Below the pieces are notes generated by a model. It saw only the letters and a list, made by a program, of their open reading frames with translations. It was not told the DNA's origin and ran no database searches. DNA of 63,059 bases, the filler included, from Collodictyon triciliatum (lineage: Eukaryota), in assembly GCA_043381765.1 (NCBI GenBank). It is 9 parts of 9 records of this genome, joined end to end, with 100 filler letters (N's around TTAATTAATTAA, not from the genome) between each part and the next. Parts side by side here need not be neighbours in the genome. Positions count along the whole stretch, not along the records: positions 49,131 to 56,045 come from JBHJMP010004167.1; positions 56,146 to 63,059 come from JBHJMP010004168.1; 7 more parts are not named here. One strand, 5' to 3'. Position numbers and translations under genes: made by a program. Shown one piece after another: positions 55,666 to 63,059 of the stretch (its first letter is position 1; the number at the start of each line of letters is the position of its first letter).

Positions 55666-56547
55666 GGAAGCTCGATCCACAATAGATATATTTAGGTGAG
55701 TCATGAATTTAGGTCCTTTTTTTTTTTATTCACGACAGACATTGCTGTTGGCGCCCATGCCAACAATCTTTTTTCCAACCACCAAGCAAGTATTCCGAGT
55801 TAAAAAAAAGGGGAAAGTGATGGCGGATGTGCCATCAGAGGAGTATAGAGATGGGGAATAGATAAAAGAGAGAAGGGGATGAGAAGGAAGAAAAAAAGGA
55901 GGTAAAGACCCTGGGGCTTGATAAGAGGCCCAGTGATTCCTTTCATGATAGGGCTTGTGGTGAAGTCCTTGGGAGAGGGAAAGTAGCGGGCTTGATTATG
56001 TTTAGAGGGGAGTGGAAGAGGATGGGAATACTACTTTGGTGGCGCNNNNNNNNNNNNNNNNNNNNNNNNNNNNNNNNNNNNNNNNNNNNTTAATTAATTA
56101 ANNNNNNNNNNNNNNNNNNNNNNNNNNNNNNNNNNNNNNNNNNNNATGTTTTTATGTTTTTATGTTTTTATGTTTTTATGTTTTTATGTTTTTATGTTTT
56201 TATGTTTTTATGTTTTTATGTTTTTGTTTTTTTTTTGTTTTCTTAAGAGGCGACACATCTGCACAATTAACACACAATTTTTCGACCACACATTCGGAAG
56301 CCAAACAAGAAATAATCAAAAGTGGCCAAGCTCCGGGTGATTCAAACCACACAGAGCGAGCTGTTGGCCATAGATTTTTCAAAACTTGTATTTATTTTTA
56401 CATAAAAAAAAGTGAAACCCACAGACAAAACGATCAATAAGACTGTCGCGCTGCATACTCCCCACAAATTACGACAGCACCATGACGAGAGTGCCCTGAC
56501 TTTTACTATCTCTTGAATCCTTACCTATCACCCAAATACCCAACAGC

Positions 56548-58972
56548 ATGGCTTCACCAAAAGACGCTCTTCGGCTGTACGGACAACTCAAAAAAGCTGT
56601 GGAGGCTCATGAGGCGAGTGGTTGATCACCATATATTATGTTTTGTAAACTGGTTCCAGTTATCCGCCACTCTTTCCACTGCCTGTCCCAATAACTTTCC
56701 AAAGAGGCTGCTATATACGCCCGCAACTTCATTAGGCGAGAGAAATGGTTGTGTTTCTGACTCTGAATTCTTTCATCTCACATGAACACCAGAGCGAGGA
56801 GGACAAGATCCGCATATTGGATGTCATGGAAAAGTTTCCAATGACCGCCGACGTTCTTATGGTGGCAATTATTAATGTTACTATTGTTGTTATTGCTCCC
56901 TCTGGTGGCTTTCACTAAATCTCTTACCTTGTTGACGCCATTATGAATTCCTCATCCCCTGCTCCCTTCTTTTTTATTTTTAATTTAAATTCATGTATTT
57001 TTCATCCAAAGTCTCATAGACCATCTCGTTTTCCCTTTCTAATTCATCTATCGGTCTATTATTACCGCCTGACTCTTGCATTTATAAAAGTTTGCGTCGT
57101 TCTGAGTGTAATTTCTAAAATCATAATTATTTTCTTTCAAAAACTATTATTTTCTTTTGTCTAATCACGTTCATTAACGTGCGAATGAATGTAGGAGACT
57201 AAAATTGCAAAGCTTCTGAATGAGCTCCGCCCAAAGTTGGATCTGAATGCCGCAGATAAGTGCAAAAAAATATGTATCAAGTGGAGGAAAGTGTTTGAAT
57301 CAGCCAAGAGCACGGAGACTTCATCAGACTCCGGGAAATCGTCCATCTCAACTAGTGCAGGATCAGCAAGAGGCCCCACTGTGTCATCTCCATCCATTAC
57401 AACAGCTTCGAATCTTAAATCGCCGACAACACCCCCACCGTCGTCTCGTACAGCTACTGGTACATCGGGGCAAAGTGGTGATGAGCCTACCAAGGTCTCC
57501 TTCGAGAAGTATATCGATGGTAAGGCTCAATCGCCTCAATTAACTATTTAATCATATCAAAAGAAAAGTCTCCATTCTTCAAAAACAATTATTACAATCA
57601 TGATTAATATATCCCTTTCTCAGACCTTGAGCCTACTCAGAAAGTCTATTGCAACCTTGTTTGTAAAACTTTTTACGGTGAAGAGCGAGGTACGTGGTCT
57701 CTGTTTACTTACAAGTACACTCTATATATTATTTTGGATACTCATTTGAGTAAAATGATAAACACCTCTAGTAAGAAAAAATTATTGAACGATATAAACA
57801 GATATCATAAAAATTGTCACCAAGAGCAAGGAGATTATTCGAGGTGAGTCAAAATTATGTCTTATAGTTGGGGCTGACCTTCTAGGTCTTAATCCCTCTG
57901 ATATTTCTTGTTTTTTTTTTTTTTTTATTTTGTCCTTTCATCCATTTTTTTAACGAAAAAAACAATTCTCTCCGCCTCTATATTTGTTTCTGCGAACTTC
58001 CTATGCAATTTTGTAAATGAAAAGTAGATAGTTGGCTCTGAGGTGATCATTTTATGATAATTATATATGTTTAGTTTTATTCCAAACAATTACCTCCGAA
58101 TCGGATCGAGGGAATAAATTGCAGTTTATTCTGTCCCAATTGCGGCTGCAGTCAAATCACGAATTAAGAGCAAATGTGATTAATGGCCATGTCACGGTTC
58201 CTGAACTTCTTTCGTTCAAGAAAGAGGTATTCCTTTTCTCTATTTTTCTTTTTCTTTTTCTTTTTCTTTTTCTTTTTCTTTTTCTTTTTCTTTTTCTTTT
58301 TCTTTTTCTTTTTCTTTTTCTCTTTCTTTTTCTCTTTCTTTTATTTCATCTATTATCAATACACAAATAATCACTTGAACGTCGTCGATATGCGTTCAAA
58401 CACTTACCTGCCTTCGTGCGCCATGATGCAGGAAATAGTTACCTATCATAATAATCACCCAAGTATTTTGCGTATATTAGGACTTGCTGAGCCCCAAATT
58501 GAAGCGCATGGCTGAACAGCAGCAAGCGAAGGAGCATGAAAAGGAAGCCCTGATGAACAAGAAGGTTTACAGCTCACTTTTCAAATGCCCTAAATGTGAA
58601 GAGTACAAGGTAATTGCCAAGCAACAGCAGACCCGCAGTGCTGATGAGGTAAAGCGAGACCAAAGAATTCCATATTCTAAATACATCGAAAACTCTTTCT
58701 TTTCTTTCTTTTTTTTTTATCTGCTTCCACAGCAACCGCATCCACGAACAATATTTGCAGTGAAAGCATAAAGGAACCAGAAAAAAAAAAAAAACAGCGA
58801 TACTAGTGTATTCCATATGTCAAGAACACTTTAAAAATGATAAAAAAAAAAAGCCTTTTCTTAGGCTACGTTAACACACTCGCCTATTTGCTTGTAGCCC
58901 GCCACTGTCTTCATGAACTGCGACGCAGAAAACTGTGGGTACAGTTGGAGCAACAGCGACGGAACCGCCTGA
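56548..58972 (+). CDS. TFIIS: Transcription elongation factor TFIIS (TCEA-like), multi-exon
   Basis: N-terminal LW domain (MTADVLM|ETKIAKLLN...KWRKVF), central domain, and zinc ribbon FKCPKC...QQQTRSADE|PATVFMNC...CGYSW. TGA at 58970-58972. Confidence 0.9.
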
Positions 58973-59470
58973 GCAACACTCATAATTAAAAGCAAGATTG
59001 AAGTTAGTTGTTGAAAAAGTTTGAGCCGAGATATCGGGTTGAAAGGCCAGCAGGGTGTGTCTCGGCTGCTTCACCCTTTCTCTCCTTGCCCCGACCCCTC
59101 CACTTCCTTTTGCCCAGACAGCAACGGCCAAGGCCACACGCCCTGCATCTCGGATATATGCACACCGCACTCTTCTTCCCTCGGCCCGCAAGGCAGCCGT
59201 TTTCCACAAAGGCCAGCAAACCGATCAACCCAGCACACCAATCACTTTCCCATCGCCGAATTTTCCCCCGCGCGCCGTCCCGTTCTCGGCTCTCGCACCT
59301 GCCTGATTTAAAAAGACACGTCGCGCGTTCCTGTGTGATTCTCCGCCCAGAAAACCGGCAGGGTTGGGCTGCCTGGTGATCAAACAGGCCAAGTTACGCA
59401 AGTATGCTTTGACTAATGCAAGAAGCAGGCCATAACAAAACAGAGCAGAACAGAACAAAAAGCAGCAGCC

Positions 59471-62400
59471 ATGGCAACACCCAATCGCGTCTTTGTGACG
59501 ATCGAACTCGACGACTCCGACTCGCCGCATAGCTCGCCAGCGAAGCCCGCACCAAAGAGGCTTTGCACACGCAAGGATGCAAGCAGCAGATCTGCAAGTC
59601 ACAAACTGCCTTATGCCCCTGCATTTTCCCACCTGCTGCTCGACGACATTGTTGACGAGGGGGACGATCCCTCCCATATCTCGGCCAACAGACCCTCATC
59701 AGTACGCTTTGTCTACTACCCTTCTCTCCAGCCTATCTCACTTATTATTATTTTTTCCCTTCACTCATCGCGCATTGCTGAATCTATCTCGAGAGCCTCT
59801 TTCTCTCTTTCTCTTCTTACCCCCCATGTGAAGCGCAGTCGTCTTCTCTTCCATCCTGACTCGTGCTCTTTTGAATGACGCTTCCAAATGGTACAGCAGA
59901 GCACGAATTCCGAAACCAATGAGCGCATCTCCCCGTTTGACTGCACCGCACTGCACGATTCCCAAAGCTCAGACAATTACCAGCCACCGGACAAAGCTGC
60001 CAGCAGCATTCAAAGGACAACTCCCAAACAAAATCAGTTGTGCACACCTCAGCCAACCCTGTCTCCATTCCGGCGTTGTCTCTTTCCCTCCGAAACCTCT
60101 ACCATGGCGACGAGGGCAAACCTGAGCGGTGCGCATTCAGCCGTGTCCAACTTTACCAAATCTACGGTGGATTCACCTGCGCTCAAAAGTGAAAGCGCCT
60201 CGCAACCGCTCTCTTACATTCAGAAGGGAAATGGACAACAAATTGAGGCGTCCGAGCTTAGTTTCCGTCCCAATTTTTTGAACCAGACAAAGAGCACATC
60301 TGTTACGGCGTCCAGTAGCGATAGCCCCCTTAAAAAGGTAGCACCCCTACACTTCCAAACTTCATTTTTATGATGTTCAATTTTAAAAAAAATTCGCCCA
60401 TATTCTATTATCGAAAAAACTGTGCTAATTTATATAAACGCACCCTGCGCAGCTCGGTATCTCAGCCTCTCCAGCAAAAAAGAGCTTGATAACAAACTGG
60501 TTCTCATATTCTGAATCTAATTCTATCAAAACTGTAACACCCCCTCGCAATTCATCCTCGAGTGCATCCAGCAGAGTACCCCAAACACATAGTCCAGTCC
60601 AAAGGCGGACAAAGAGTCCCGACATAATCAGTTCCGTCCCAGCGACAAATAGAGGCAAAGAAATTCAGGAATCCACTTCATCGCATATACAACCCACAGG
60701 TTTTTATAATGTGCTATACTGAAAACATAAGGAACGGAATTCCTCCCCCCATTGCACACTTATGTTATACTCAAGCAATATTCAATTCATTTTGATTCTG
60801 TAAAACCTCGGCACTTGGCCATGAAAAAAAAAACCTTGATAAAAGGGAATGAAAATCAATACGGATTCAAATTAACTATGACATTCAAAAAATAGCGCAA
60901 GTTCCTGTTATACATATTGATGACGACAATGAAGACCTTGGGCACCAATCACCTCAGCCCTCATCAAAGGCATATGACCAATCGAATATTAGCTATGAAA
61001 GAGATACCAACATGACCACACCTGAAAAGCCGATGATCATCGAGGCAGAGGAAGCACATGTTAGCTCGGTTAAGGTCGAACCAGCGCAAACACCCACGCG
61101 GAAGAAGAGGTTGATAATCCATGACAACTCTGCCGATGACGAAACCATAGTAATCGAGGTAGATAACATCACTGCTAAAGCTGAGTGTGGCAGGGTTGAT
61201 GTTGTGATGGACAAATCTGCTGTCGACGAAAGGACTAGGAATGTACATACCAATGAAGCTGCCTCTGAGGCTGGAAGTGACGTAGAATTCGAGTGGAAAT
61301 TATCTCCGGTTATGAAAAGTCCCTTGAGAAACTTGAGGCCAAGGCATGTCAAAGTAGAAATACCAAGATGCCTCGAGGAGCTCAAGAAAGCCAGGACAGC
61401 CAAATCTGATCTAGACGAGGATGCTGACGACATTACCGATCAGAATGAGAATTCAACGTCAGCGGTGAAATGCCAGTCGACACAAACTTTCGGTGGATAC
61501 ATTTACCGAGAACAACAGAACACTTTGGGTGAAATTAAGCGAAAATACGGACCCAAAGCGAAAGATAAGAAGGACAAAGACTTTACCACCATCCCGGACG
61601 AGATGAGAGATTTTATTGTGGATGAAGATGATGATATCGATGATGAAGACGGTGATGAATATAACAGGGTGGAAATTAGTGACAGCGAGCATTCGCTATC
61701 AGGCTCAGACGAAGAAGAGAATGGAGATAATGTCGACTGCGAGGACGAATCTGACCAAGGCAAACAAAAAGGAACCACGGCAGGCATACTCAAATCCGAA
61801 GCACGCCATCGTGGAGAACACAAATGGAATCTACGCCGAAAGTCGGATGTGATTCCAGGCGTCATGAAGAGGTTGCAATTAATAGGGCACGGGTCTGCTC
61901 ATGATACGACAAACCATAGCATCGACTCATGCGATGGAAATAGCTCCGTGTCGCCTCGTGTTTTTATTGGCTCAATTGAAGACCAGACTCCAATTAAACT
62001 CGCTCGTGTAAGTCGCAAGGTCATTGAGGAACTCCCGTGTGAGCATGAAGATGAACCTGAGCACAGCCATGACGATGACGATGACCCAGAGCCAGAAGAC
62101 GGTGAGGAAGACAACGAGGAAAATAGTGATGATGAGGTCGTTGGAGCTGATGAAAGAATTTTATCAGCTCGTGGCCTGGCAAATATCTTACCGGAGCCGG
62201 CAGGGTTCAAACTACAAAACTTTACGATAGATCAGGCGTTCGAAATCGTTGTACAGGTAGTATTGTATTCCATGAGATGATTCCTTTTTTTTTTCTTTTT
62301 TTTTTTTTTGATCACCTAATTGGAGGTTAAATGCGTAGTACATCGCGTCTTGTTTACTTAATAGAGAGTTTGCCGAATCCTTACAAGACGATGAAGAATC

Positions 62401-62867
62401 TGGTAAAAGGAACATATATGTACATATGTGATTGTAATAAAATAAACGTTTCCCCTGTGCGTCTATGTGTTGCAATATATTCCCTTACCTTAGTTTCCCC
62501 TCGTAATTACTGACATGTAATCTGATTTTCCTGGCGGAATAAAAAAAACTCGCTTTTTAGCGTCTTATTTTTACTCGGCCCTGAAGAAGTTTCACAATGT
62601 TGTAACTGTACGGAAGGACTCACTATTGTCATCCCAGGCGTGGAAAGCCCTGTTCCGAGTATGTTTCTAGGATAATATGTTCAAAGATATATGATTATAC
62701 ATCTGGATCCGTCCTCCGGCCTTCTTGTTTCGATAGCACCGTTGACATGTAATGTCCTACATCATGGTAAATAATATAGGAGAATGTCACTAGCTATCCG
62801 TATTTCAAATATGGAAAGACTCTCGTTGGCACAGACTGCGAAGCTTGTGGCCGTTCAAACCATCCAG
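59471..62867 (+). CDS. DUF4211/CCDC82-like protein with a long disordered acidic N-terminus, 3' partial
   Basis: MRDFIVDEDD, AFEIVVQ|YIASCLLN, YFYSALKK, LLSSQAWKALF, YP and CEACGRSNHP are typical of DUF4211. Confidence 0.72.
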
Positions 62868-63059
62868 GTTTGCTCATTTTCATCTTTCATGCCCTGGCTC
62901 CTTGGGATTCTTTATGGTTTATCGCCTGCCAATGTCCATTTCCCATTTCCCTATCTAGCCTTTTCGTCTTTTTCGTCTTTTTCGTCTTTTTCGTCTTTTT
63001 CGTCTTTTTCGTCTTTTTCGTCTTTTTCGTCTTTTTCGTCTTTTTCGTCTTTTTCGTCT

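Noticed and set aside
60480-60503. KSLITNWF PIP-like motif in the DUF4211 protein
   Set aside because: Lacks the Gln and occurs once with no conservation evidence; too weak to claim.
62958-63059. Tandem TTTT(T)CGTC repeats at the window end, possibly telomeric or CRISPR-like
   Set aside because: Spacerless intronic simple repeat, like the varied microsatellites that break the other contigs.

Overview
Eukaryotic, intron-rich protist DNA. A flagellated, actin-motile lineage is inferred from JHY-like, TSNAXIP1-like and CYFIP genes; the species cannot be named from the sequence. The window is not one locus: nine contigs of about 6.9 kb are joined by artificial N-TTAATTAATTAA-N linkers. Host genes: SLC13 transporter, family-16 protein methyltransferase, Cache-HAMP class III nucleotide cyclase, TSNAXIP1-like coiled-coil protein, NHL-repeat protein, JHY-like protein, SF3A2, ICE2/NARG2-like protein with a CCCH finger, ArfGAP-ankyrin protein, CYFIP with a long polyproline tail, a pseudogenised SLC25A39/40 carrier, TFIIS and a DUF4211/CCDC82-like protein. 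The most notable signal is a set of non-LTR retroelements. Family A is L1/Tx1-like, and family B is assigned to the same class by C-terminal similarity. Their ORF2 proteins end in canonical PCNA-interacting (PIP) boxes, and family B matches a full PIP-degron consensus. Both families have left 22-45 bp tail-only insertions with 10-19 bp target-site duplications, and family B lies antisense within or against family A three times. Also seen: a candidate ORF1-only element, a candidate tRNA-derived SINE, several probable GC-AG introns, and unusual specificity residues in the cyclase.
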